Positions 24,048 through 35,053 of a stretch of DNA of 42,066 nt are shown here, piece by piece. The position numbers were made by a program, and so were the translations under genes. The notes beneath the pieces were generated by a model that saw only the letters and a list, made by a program, of their open reading frames with translations, was not told the origin of the DNA and searched no databases. The stretch is from the NCBI RefSeq assembly GCF_004010195.1, contig NC_057717.1, positions 105,870,177 through 105,912,242 of the forward strand. The letters are read 5' to 3'. The stretch comes from Chiloscyllium plagiosum (lineage: Eukaryota). Each line of letters starts with the position of its first letter. Within the stretch, counting starts at the first letter, position 1.

Positions 24048-24119
24048 GAAAGGGAGCTGGACCAATACCCACTACTACATGACCCTGGACTTGGAGGATA
24101 CACAGCTGACAGAGATGAG
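24048..24119 (+). CDS. RAVER1: RAVER1 window-exon 12/15, 72 nt (duplicate B)
   Basis: tgtcag|GAA...GAG|gtaaca; ERELDQYPLLHDPGLGGYTADRDE; phase 0-0; 52/72 nt identical to 22959-23030. Confidence 0.85.
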
Positions 24120-24738
24120 GTAACAATTTGAATGAAGAACCTTTTTGAGCTATCCACCGAGATGGGAGTTGCTAATTATTAAAACCTCAAGCTTCTACAT
24201 CTAGCACAGAGCATGTAGAGCTATTCATGAGGTAGCAGAATTCAGACTAGCAGCTGGTTCTCATAGACATATACAAATGTGTTCCAGCCTGCAGTTTGAA
24301 CTTTGAGTTTGCTTAGCATACAGAGCTAGTGTTTGAGATTCTCCAAATGGTCTTCATTCTCAAGCCAGAGATGGATTTAGGTGAATCAAAGCATTTTGAC
24401 TCTGGTTTCTCTCTGGAGTCTGTTTGTTGACTCACATTCTGATCATGTTTGGCTGGAGTCAAGTCTGTGGCCAAAATAATTTGCCAGTTATCAACCATTC
24501 AGGCTTATGTATAAGTAGCCAACTGGGTGAGGTATGAATTGATGACGTGGGCTGGTAAAATTCAATCTGCTCCCAGTTTCTCAAAGATCAGACGAAAGTG
24601 AAGTAAAACTGCACCATCTGATTTTATTGGGTGGTCTCCTGGTCTGGAGTTCTCTTAAGTCTTATTTATTTGGATGTGGTTGTGAATTGATGAACTTGAT
24701 TTTCCGTGTAGGATTCATGTTCCTTTTTCCTGTTTAAG

Positions 24739-24861
24739 CGATCAAATCCATGTGGATATAATGATTTGGAACCTGCTGCACCTTCAATGTACTCCAGTTC
24801 TCCCACTTCCTATTTCACAAGTGGTGTCCGAGCGGGACTACGACAGAGCTACTCCACCAAG
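24739..24861 (+). CDS. RAVER1: RAVER1 window-exon 13/15, 123 nt (alternative in-frame acceptor possible at 24712)
   Basis: tcctttttcctgtttaag|CGA...AAG|gtattg; [25 protein letters not shown] matches recalled [25 protein letters not shown]. Confidence 0.92.
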
Positions 24862-26215
24862 GTATTGCACTCATTATCACAGAGTACACTGTGATATTTA
24901 TTCATTAACACATGACTGAGGCTCATTTTCAACCAGGGCTACACAGAAGCTTGTTTCAACCTGGACAGATCAGATCTTTTTAATAATCCCTCTTCTTCCA
25001 GATTTGGTATTTTTTTTCCTCATTGGTCTGTGCTTCGATGGCTGACTGCAGCCAAGGCTGTACGTTTGGGCTACGTGAGGAGCTATGGTGGTTGTCATGC
25101 TCCTGAATGCCCTATTCCTTGCCCTTCATAGAAGTTGTACCTGTGAACACTGACAGAAATGTCAGTGATGGATCTCCACTCCTCAGCTAATGTGTAATGA
25201 GATGTGTTTGTGGTACATGAAACCACAACTCAGCAGGTGAAATGAGAGTCTGTCTACTCTTGTTGAAGAGACCTGGTCAAGGCTGGTCCCCGCCGTCCCC
25301 TCCTGTTTCTCTGGCACCACACGTTGGGGTAGAATCAATTCCAGCACCAGCCCAAATGTTTTTGAGCTGCTGTAACCATTCTCACATATCTTTGCTTTGT
25401 GCTCAATGAGTTACTTGGTAGAGAAGTGACTCTCTGACAAGTATGACAGGCAATTTCACTGACACTGGTATCAAGGAGCAGCTCTTTGGGAATATAAGTC
25501 AGATCACCATGAAATCCTCTTCCTCTCCGACTTGGCCACACTTCAGGGGAGCGAGGCCTTTGATTAAAGTCCCTGAAGGACGGCTCAATATGTCCTTGCT
25601 ATTTTGCTGCAATTGGGTTGGAAGAGCCAGATTTTCAACTGGAAATGACTTTGTGCCATTTCGTACTAACAACTGAACTGACTCACCAGTTGACAAGGGA
25701 AATTGCACTTCAGAAAGTTTAAGGCTTCTGTATAACCAACAAGTTCAGATGACATCTGAAATTCGGCTCACCATTAGCTACCTTGTGTGTTGACTGGGCA
25801 CAATCTGAGTGTTTTCGATTGATGTCACTAACATGTCACCAGCTGACTGGAATCTGACAGCTCACAGGTTCAGCAACACGAACCTGGTCCTGGATTGTGT
25901 CAAGGCAGTGGAATAGACCAGGAGATTTGAGGAGTTGCTGCACAATCCTGAATAACAGCTAATCTGGCAAAGGTTTTCCTGTCCACCAATCTAACAGTTA
26001 TCCCTCTCCCTCCAAGAGGAAGCTGTAATTCTGCCCAAGGGAATGTCTCTTTCTCTGCGGGGACCTCTTTTGCTGCCTGACTACATGCAGGGTCAGTGCA
26101 TAGTTGCAGGGGTGGGGTTGGGGGGCAATTCAGATATTCATTCTTTTTGTGGACAGAATGAGAGGATCTAACACTGAGAAAGCTAGGAATGTGACTGTGA
26201 CGTGCTGTGTTGCAG

Positions 26216-26293
26216 ATGAATCCGATGCTGAATTCTGGGGCAGGACTCCTGGGAGCTCGACCTGCTAACTCCCCACCAGGCTGTATGCTGAAG
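26216..26293 (+). CDS. RAVER1: RAVER1 window-exon 14/15, 78 nt
   Basis: gttgcag|ATG...AAG|gtaatt; MNPMLNSGAGLLGARPANSPPGCMLK. Confidence 0.92.
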
Positions 26294-26430
26294 GTAATTG
26301 TCTGATAACACTCGCTTTCTGTCTTTCACAGGTTTGTGTTCTGTCTGTGACCATCATGACTGTTCCTCTGGCATTGGGATTAACAGAGCACTGTCCAATA
26401 GACTGTATTGTCAGGGTCCTGACCGAATGT

Positions 26431-26563
26431 CAGAGTCATAGAGAAGTACAGCACGGAAACAGACCCTTCGGTCCAACTTGTCCACGCCGACCAGATATCC
26501 CAACCTAATCTAGCCTCATTTGCAAGCACTTGGTCCATATCCCTCCCAACATTTCCTATTCGT
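26431..26563 (-). mobile_element. CR1 LINE extreme 3' end (antisense)
   Basis: AGAGTCATAGAGAAGTACAGCACGGAAACAGACCCTTCGGTCCAAC; same subfamily as the copies at 4431 and 12797. Confidence 0.85.
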
Positions 26564-26644
26564 TTTGCTTTAATTTGATATGTGGCCTTCCCTTTGCTTG
26601 CCCCAGTTTCTATTAGGATTTCAAATCATATGTTCAGTTGATAG

Positions 26645-27095
26645 TCAATTAAAGGTTGCTTTACAAGGTTTGAACCCATAGGTAGAATTAAAGCCATGTT
26701 CTCATGAAATGACAGGTGAAAGTCAGCCAGAAAGTGGGAAGTCACCAGGAATACCTTTCACCAGACACTATTGCGCAGGAGTCGCGCAATGTTGATCATC
26801 ATGATTTGATCAGGGTGATGGGGATTTTATGGCAAGGTTTTTTTGTTTTCAGGATACAAAGATTCTTAATGACAAGCAAACTACTTAACTTCAGTCATTT
26901 GGTCATGGTCCCAACGATGTTAGCTGGCCTTGTATGTGAGAGCTGATCCTGTGCACATGTTCATGAACCAAGAAGCTAATAGCGTTGCAGCATTGAGTGC
27001 CATCCCACTTTCTGGCTGTCTTTACTCATGAGAACATGACTGAAATTTTTAATTCCACATATGGATTCAAATCTTGGAAAACAGCCTTTAATTGA
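26645..27095. repeat. Long imperfect inverted repeat in the last RAVER1 intron
   Basis: Perfect complements 26645-26655/27085-27095, 26695-26707/27026-27038 and 26724-26739/27003-27018, in nested order. Confidence 0.8.
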
Positions 27096-27443
27096 AATCT
27101 AAGTGAGAGGGGACATTGGTTCACTCACTGACACTGAAAGCAAGTGGGAAAAGCCTCCAGTCATACCCTACAAACTAAACACTGTTCCTTAGGTCTACCA
27201 GAATTCTAGAAAAAGCTAGAAAGCCTCTAGATGTAAGTCATTACTGATAGTTATAATTTCTGTTCTTTGGATCCAGTCTTTGTCTCCCAACATCAGAGAC
27301 CCATTGGATCTCTTCAGAATGGTGTCCTTTTCTTTTGTGCTATTCCACTGAAGCCTGTGTTGGAGTGGCTGAAAGTTTGGGTCGGTTTGGTTGAAAACCA
27401 GAATTCAAGTGAATGTGATTTTTTCTCTCTCTCTCTGTTGTAG

Positions 27444-27590
27444 ACACCACTCGCTGGTCACAAGCGAGGTGCGTCTCACCTGATCCCATCGCCTGAGCCC
27501 AGCCCAGAGGGAGGCTACATTGGTCAGCACTCCCAAGGCCTGGGTGGCCACTACGCTGACTCTTACCTCAAGAGGAAGAGGATATTTTAA
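27444..27590 (+). CDS. RAVER1: RAVER1 terminal coding exon 15/15 with C-terminal NLS and stop
   Basis: gttgtag|ACA...[51 protein letters not shown] matches the recalled Raver1 C-terminus. Confidence 0.98.
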   Translation, partial: TPLAGHKRGASHLIPSPEPSPEGGYIGQHSQGLGGHYADSYLKRKRIF

Positions 27591-29869
27591 CTGGGGACCT
27601 GGTGTTGCCATGTAGAACGACATGGTTATTTTTCGCTGAAGGGTGTATATCTTGTACAGATGTTTTTAATCTCTGTGTCAAAACACTTCAGTCTTTGTTT
27701 TTAGGAGAAGGGTGAAACTTCTATCTGGGAATTTGGAGGATGCAGAAGGCTGGAACCTGACAAACTGACTGAAACGTGACCCTGTGGCACCTTTGCATGT
27801 CAGCCACAAAAATCACCGAATATTCGCTTCAAACTTTAGTTGTCGGGGGAGATGAGTGCATGATAAGGTGGAATTCACCTTATCCACTTTGTCCCTCCAA
27901 TTTCACTGTTACTGACTGCAGTCTGGGACCAGAAGTGTCAATAGTGGATGCTCTACTGAAGCACACTTTCTTCATAACTCAATGAATATTAGCCTTCAGT
28001 CCACTGCAAATTTAAACATGTGTGAAGTTGGCTGCAAATATTCTCCCAATAATAAGCTGCATTTACAGCGGACTCGGCCCTTCCTCAGAGCCACACTCTG
28101 AAGATGAGCCCTTGTTTTTGTTGTTCCAGCAAAGTGCGCATTCAGTCCATCAACTTTCAAAGCAGGTATTCTACCTCAAAGGCTGACACCGTGAAGTGTT
28201 GTTTCTGTCTGGTGATTCACTTTGCTTTTGTGTCATGTGCTCCAAACATGTACTCAAGTGTTGGAATGAATGCAGTGAGATATTTTCCTTTAGTTTAATC
28301 ACACTGCACTGTATCCCATACCCTCCATGTTTGAGTTTCATTGTGCAGCCAACTGGTTTGGTTTTCAGTCCTTCTGCATACCTCTCAAATTTGTCGGTTT
28401 GTTTTTTAATTGTACTTCCTTAATCTTTCCTTTCATTCTGAGAACAATTTTTGCCTTTGATTTAGAAATGCCAGGTTTTTTTAGATCTGCAATTTTTAGT
28501 GAATTATTTGCAGAAAATGGGTTATGTGCTTGTCCCTTTTTTCCTTTATTTTGAAACAAAATTTAAAGTAGTTTGGGTAACTAATTTTGTTCTTCCTGTT
28601 TCATTTGGGCATGTGTTTGTTTCTACATTAGTGACAACTTCGTTCTGCAAAATCTTTACACGTTGAATTCCTGATGGCTGTTAACCTGTGGAACCTTTAT
28701 ACCAGCCAAGTTTCCATTAAGCTTAGACAGGGAGCCTGAACCAACAAGTATGGGACCCTAATCATAAAATAAATCAAATGTAGATGTAAGGAATGGTAAC
28801 AGACATTGTGGACACTAGCTTCTGTCGCAATGCTGTTTGCATTTAAAGCTACAGGAAGTTTTGTAAGTCTCTTCCAGTTGCCTTGCTGTCCATCAACACC
28901 TGCACTGTGTTGATGGACTTGTGCTTTCCCAGTAAATATACTTGTTTTGCCTCAATATTTGAAGTGGGCGGAGGAATTTCTCCTTAGCTTTACCACACCT
29001 CTGATGCTTGGTTCCTGTATTAGAGACTTGAGCTGAAGGAAGCTGTTCTCCTGGAGCGTTGGTCTAATTTGTACAATTTCAAAGCAAATCCCTGTTTTTT
29101 ACACTGAAGATTAAAGGGGGAGAGAACAGGGACAGGCTGCAGGAAATAGATGGTGAACACCATCTCTGGGCCTCCATTCTTATTTCTCTGTTCCCCTTCC
29201 AGCCACCAGAGGCAGGCAAAGATGACGAAAATGCTTGGAAAGCAGGACATTCTGGGAAAGGTTGGGATATTATATTAGAGAGAGAAAAAAGGACAGGCCC
29301 ATTTTTTAAAAAATAAATGTCCGGTTAATCTTTACATTCTCAAACTATATCAGAGAAAAACCAACTTGCACTGCGAGGAAATGGAGGTCTGAAGCATCGA
29401 CAGCCTTAGTCTCAGTTCTGCCCAGTCCTAGTACAATCCTCTGTGCTTTGTCTGTACTCCAATCCTGTTAGAGTGGACTTTGGACAATTATGATGGGCAA
29501 GAGGTCTCACATCTGACCAGGTGGATAGCAACTAAAACACAGCCATCATTCCAAGGCATTGTTTTCACCTGCTATGGGGACTGGGGAGTTCATGTCAAAT
29601 GTGGTTGCATTGACATTGGTGACTCTGGGATTGCCTGTCTGTGAGTGGCCAAATATGGGGGAAATTCCAAACCCAAGCTGAACTGGACCCTGTCTGACCC
29701 CCTTCTCCATGTTTCAGGCTGAGAAACCGAATAGTAATGAACAATTTGAGCCTTACTGTCTGCCCTCTTGACAATGGTCAAATGTAGACATGATCTGCTA
29801 ATTCAGAAGACTGGAGATTGACTGGGTCTCCCAATCTGTGATTAACCTGCTTGGTTCCTCTTAAATAAA
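27591..29869 (+). promoter_or_regulatory. Probable RAVER1 3' UTR with candidate poly(A) signals
   Basis: U-rich stretch with no obvious repeats after the stop; AATAAA at 28768, 29312 and 29864. The site actually used cannot be determined. Confidence 0.5.
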
Positions 29870-30729
29870 AATTGTGAAAGTGACTGGTGTGTGAGCCAGT
29901 GTAAGGTTCAATTGGTTAGCCTCAGCTAGGAAGTGAAAGAATCGGTTGGCAGTGACCTCTACTGAAGTGTGTCTGTAAGTGACTGGGTTCAGCTGCACTT
30001 ATTTTTAGAGGAACACTGCTAACACTGATCATGGGGTACCTGGAGATTTCTGCACATCTAATGGTTATTTCCACGTCTCCTGGCCTGTGTCACTGCAAGC
30101 AAGGAAGAGCACAGCACGTGCAGATGGTCTGAAATACTTGCTGGCCATCCATTTACTCTCTCCCACAGTGAGTCCTGTCTTCAGCCTGCACTATCACAGG
30201 AACAGACATCGGCTATTCAATCTGTCCACCATGTGCTGGTGAAGGATGGCCTTCATGTTTCTCAGTTATCCACTTGCAGTGCTCTGGAGGCCAGTCACTC
30301 AGGCTCATCTGTTCTGTACTTGCCTCGAGTCTCTCTCAGACCAGCTGATTGTGTGGGATGAACGGTGACAGAAAGGGACTGGGAAGACAGGAGTGTCTGG
30401 GAAGACAGGAGGGTCTTCATCATTTGGACACAGTTCAGCTGCATTACTGAGTAGGAACTGATTGCAATTTCATGTTTGGAGAGTCCTGTCTACATCTCTA
30501 TTAAAATTGGAAATTGCTCTTAATTCTGTCTGTCTGTTTTAAACTTTGTTGAAACATTCTGCTTATTCACTGCCATTATCCACTTAGCTGAATTCTTATA
30601 GTGTTTGGATTTCCAAGCATTCACAGCAGTAATGGGCCCCTTTAATCTGATGCCATGTTCTGTGGGACTAGAGCAAAAACAGTTTGTCCCTCCAGCCTAA
30701 ATTGTAAGAGATTAAAGGAAAAAGTGAGT

Positions 30730-30895
30730 CTCCTCTGGGTGCTCTGGTTTTCTCTTACAGTCCAAAGATGTGCAAATTGGGTGGATTGGCCATGCTGAAT
30801 TGCCTAGTGTCCAGGATGCGCATGCTAGGTGGATTAACTATGGGAACTGCATGATAATAGGGATGGGAGGGAGCGGGTTTTGGGTGTGGACATCA
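30730..30895 (+). mobile_element. HE1-type SINE fragment
   Basis: GGGTGCTCTGGTTTTCTCTTACAGTCCAAAGATGTGCAAATTGGGTGGATTGGCCATGCT core. Confidence 0.75.
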
Positions 30896-31981
30896 CTAGC
30901 TCAGCCAGCATTTAATGTCCAGCTCTCCTTCCACCTTGTCGAACTACTGCGGTCAATATAGAGTGGATACACAGTGCAGTCAGAGAGAGTTGCACAACTT
31001 TCCCAGTCACAGTCGAGAAGCAACACCATAATTCTGAGTCAGGATGGTGTGAGACTTGGAGGTGGACCGCCCCTGACCTTCTGGAATGCTGGGGGTGGAG
31101 TTAGGGATTGGATGTGGTTCCTGCTCCTGATGTTTATACAGTTACATGGTGTCAGGTGGACTTGTGATGCTCTGCAATTATGCTGCCTGTTCATGTAAAA
31201 ATGCTGCTACTACATGAACATGTTCATAGGTGACAGTAATCAATAACTCTGTAATTCTTCTGACCTTCAGACAGAGCTCCCTCTCACCTTGTGTGAAATT
31301 AATTTCATGAAATAGCATCTTAAAGATTTGCGCACAGTTTTGATAAACTCTAGCAATGGGCTGCAGCAATACATACATAGTCATACATATTCTCTCACCA
31401 CCCACTTCAAGGGTTCCTGTGCAAATATTCTTTCGATGGCAGGGTCTCTGCAAATATTAACACATTACTATTGAATAGTTAGAGGACTGGGAACACTCAA
31501 CAAACTAATTTACAATCAGCATGTAAGAGGCAATTTGAGAATTAAATAAGTAACAAAGCACTGTTGAAGTTTTCAAAAGTGGGTAAAGAATCCAAGATGT
31601 TTGGATGGGCCATGGTTCCATTGAATGGTGGAACAGAACTGAAAGTGACGTTAACATGGGAACCAGCAACGGAGGAAAGCGGAACAAGGTTCCTAAGCCA
31701 GAGTTCGTCGGCTCCAACCGTTTTTCTTTTCTCGCTTATTTTTCTTTCATTTTGTTTTTTTTTCTCACCCTCTGGAGGGAGTGCAGTCGCGGAGGCAGTG
31801 ACTGGAGCCCAGAGCAGTTAGCCACTGGGCGGTTGGTGTACCCCAGCAGAAGTCTGGCAGTCAGTGGCAACATGAAAGTGGCTGAGGGCCTGGAGCAAGA
31901 TTCTCGCAGTCTGTGGGGAGAAGGCTGGTGAGCCTGAATGATGGTCTGCAGTGAGATGGCAGCAGTGGAGGTGGCGGCGGC

Positions 31982-32006
31982 GGGGGGGGGGGGGGGGGGG
32001 GGGGGG
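31982..32006 (+). repeat. Poly-G run (25 G) preceded by GGC repeats
   Basis: Seen directly; about 180 nt before the assembly gap. Confidence 0.95.
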
Positions 32007-32187
32007 AGAATTGAGCCCTTGTGGGGAAAGCCCAACATGCAGCAACTGCTGGCTCATGGCTAAATAAGGACCATTATTTGGAACTGTTTAATTTTATTTT
32101 TTATTTTGTAATGTTGAACTTTCAACGTATTTATTTTTCCACTTTTTACTGAAGATTTTGTACCTAGGTACCTTGTACCTGTGATGG

Positions 32188-32687
32188 NNNNNNNNNNNNN
32201 NNNNNNNNNNNNNNNNNNNNNNNNNNNNNNNNNNNNNNNNNNNNNNNNNNNNNNNNNNNNNNNNNNNNNNNNNNNNNNNNNNNNNNNNNNNNNNNNNNNN
32301 NNNNNNNNNNNNNNNNNNNNNNNNNNNNNNNNNNNNNNNNNNNNNNNNNNNNNNNNNNNNNNNNNNNNNNNNNNNNNNNNNNNNNNNNNNNNNNNNNNNN
32401 NNNNNNNNNNNNNNNNNNNNNNNNNNNNNNNNNNNNNNNNNNNNNNNNNNNNNNNNNNNNNNNNNNNNNNNNNNNNNNNNNNNNNNNNNNNNNNNNNNNN
32501 NNNNNNNNNNNNNNNNNNNNNNNNNNNNNNNNNNNNNNNNNNNNNNNNNNNNNNNNNNNNNNNNNNNNNNNNNNNNNNNNNNNNNNNNNNNNNNNNNNNN
32601 NNNNNNNNNNNNNNNNNNNNNNNNNNNNNNNNNNNNNNNNNNNNNNNNNNNNNNNNNNNNNNNNNNNNNNNNNNNNNNNNNNNNNNN
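32188..32687. other. Assembly gap (exactly 500 N, likely a placeholder size)
   Basis: Run of N; the round number suggests the true length is unknown. Confidence 1.
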
Positions 32688-33075
32688 ACAAGGAAAGGCT
32701 GAGGGACTTGAGGCTGTTTTCATTAGAGAGAAGAAAGTTGAGAGGTGACTTAATTGAGACATGAGAGATAATCAGAGGGTTAGATAGGGTGGACAGTGAG
32801 AGCCTTTTTCCTTGGATGGCGATGGCTAGCACAAGGGGACATAGCTTTAAACTGAGGGGTGACAGATATAGGACAGATGTCAGAGTTTCTTTACTGAGAG
32901 TGTAGTAGGGGCATGGAACACACTGTCTGCAACAGGAGTAGACTTGTCAACTTTAAAGGCATTTAAATGGTGATTGGATAAATATATGGATGATAATGGA
33001 ATAGTGTAGGATCAATAGGCTCCAGATTGGTTCCACAGGTCAAAGGGCCTGTACTGCGCTGTCGTGTTCTATGAC
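32688..33075 (+). mobile_element. CR1 LINE 3' portion
   Basis: KERLRDLRLFSLERRKLRGDLIET...; AAGGGCCTGTACTGCGCTGT...TTCTATG tail. Confidence 0.88.
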
Positions 33076-33219
33076 TTGGAAGAGAAAGTTGCGATACTGA
33101 GATGCCGCCACTGGTGGAAGGCTGTAATTACAGTGTGACCTGTTTACATGAGTCCTTTTCAGCATAACTGGAAACATAGGAGTTCATATTGAAGAGCAAA
33201 AGCATGGCAACTGGTTTGG

Positions 33220-33310
33220 TGACTAAAACATTTAAATCCCGGAACCTGCAACAGCCAATCCTGTCCCTGTTCTAGCCATGTCTCCGTAATAGCCACATTT
33301 TGCGTGTCAT
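33220..33310 (-). mobile_element. CR1 ORF2 endonuclease micro-fragment
   Basis: Minus-strand VAITETWLEQGQDWLLQVPGFKCF. Confidence 0.7.
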
Positions 33311-33374
33311 ACTTCAAAGAGATATGCCTCTGTTCGAGATTTGAAGATGAGAGCAAACTGCAAATGAAGATTGA

Positions 33375-33554
<180 letters not shown>

Positions 33555-33666
33555 TGGGCATTTATTGGGACTTGTGGCATATCGAGAGACTCATGACATT
33601 CCAGTCATACTTCAGAGACGCAGATGGCTCAGCAAAGGAACAGCACCCCGAGGGTCCCATCTCAAA

Positions 33667-33694
33667 ACCCTACCCCTACCCCTACCCCTACCCT
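33667..33694 (+). repeat. (ACCCCT)n hexamer repeat in the FDX2 3' UTR
   Basis: ACCCT ACCCCT ACCCCT ACCCCT ACCCT. Confidence 0.9.
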
Positions 33695-34710
33695 CACAGG
33701 AGTGAAGAGGAACAGCTCGAGCAGTTTGCAGCAACAAATGTTTCACAGTAAAGCTCTTCCTGAACTCCTTCCTTAATCCCCTGCTTTCCCAGTGAACCTC
33801 CGATCAGTCTCTCAAATTCCTGCTAATTAATTGAGAGGAAGTGATGGCTGTGTTCCAAGGATAGTCTGCTCCTGCATGTTCAGACTATCTCCATTAACAC
33901 CATGGACGTGCTGCCCATTAGATGGGATTAAGCAGTCATCATTTTGCTGTGTTGTTATTCGTATTTCTATCTTTGTTTGCTGAGCTTTGTGAAACAGCAG
34001 CCTGGCGTGACTGGAATTGGTGACTGTGTGTTTGCTTTTTCATAACAAAGGGGCCAATAGTTTCTGGGCATTGAATATTGAAGTAGGAGGCTGAGGAGTT
34101 CCCTGAGAGGAGAGGTTACTGCATTGGGGCAGCGATTGGAAAGCTGACTCACCAAATGAGTTTCAATGTCAACTGTTTCAGCAGAATGAAGATTAAGTTC
34201 TTCTGTCAAAGAGGGCAGATTTCTGGAAGGTGTTCAGGAAATGATGAGTACTAATGAAGTACCTGTGAGGGTTATGGTGCACAGAACAGACGACAGAGTT
34301 CTCTAGACTTTCAGCCCCAGACAATCTGAACCTCAGGCTCCAAACCATTGTTAAAGCTGCAGAGTGACCTCCCTCCTCCCAGATACCGATATGCACAAAA
34401 GTGGGTATTAGCTCAGCTTGTGTGAGAGCTGCTATGTCACCCATGCAAGGTAGCCTGTGGAAAAGTGACCAGTCACCCAACAGCAATGTCCTGACAACAC
34501 ACAGTTCACAAACTCCTCAAAACACCAGTAGATCTCAATAGATGTTACAATATCTCACAGCAAAGCTGCGGTTCCTTTTCTGTTCATTCAGGAGAACCAG
34601 GAAAGATTGTGTGTGTTTCTTTATGTTACGGTTAGTAAATGTGGCTGGATTCTAAATATTTGGAAAGTAGTTCAGCTCTGTTACATTAAAACATTGATGC
34701 AAATATTGAC

Positions 34711-34716
34711 AATAAA
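34711..34716 (+). terminator. Probable FDX2 polyadenylation signal
   Basis: AATAAA followed ~25-45 nt later by GT-rich TTGCTTGTCGTGTCTGTGTTTG; ATTAAA also at 34685. Confidence 0.7.
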
Positions 34717-34884
34717 ATCAGAGACCTATTTTGTCACGATTGCTTGTCGTGTCTGTGTTTGAGCAGTGGGGCTGTTGACTGAACATTCTCTCCGGTGTTG
34801 CATTTTGGTGAATTTCCCAAGTCCCCTGTTCCTGTGGTGGCTCAGGGCAACTCGATCACCAGCTGAGTTCACATGTTTGTGGTG

Positions 34885-35053
34885 TGTGAGAAACAAAGCT
34901 CACTGTTCAATACATTTCAGTCCGAGTCAAATTCTGAAGCAGCAAAGTTTATTGAAACGTTCTTGCAAGACGGGTGTCAAACAGGTAGGCACCCCAATCA
35001 GAAGGTTTCATAACAATTTATACAGTTCAGTTGAGTCTCTCGGTACTCCCCTT
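34885..35053 (-). repeat. Truncated 3' LTR (U5, R and TATA only)
   Basis: 169 bp with 6 mismatches and no indels against 40134-40302; minus-strand AATAAA at 34948-34953 and TATAAA at 35017-35022. Confidence 0.93.

Noticed and set aside
26294..26337. Strong acceptor TTTCTGTCTTTCACAG|GT after exon 14 (recursive-site-like)
   Set aside because: Only 38 nt from the upstream donor, too short for a normal intron; no supported downstream exon.
1079..27590. Assigning the gene as RAVER2
   Set aside because: The [12 protein letters not shown] terminus, the SPTSYFTSG block, KPGILG and FDX2 adjacency all match recalled RAVER1.
31560..32187. CpG-richer stretch as the FDX2 promoter or first exon
   Set aside because: No FDX2-like coding sequence; its 3' part looks like an interspersed repeat tail; cannot be supported.
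33555..34716. Iron-responsive element in the FDX2 3' UTR
   Set aside because: The CAGTGA near 33790 lacks the required 5-bp stem and bulged C.
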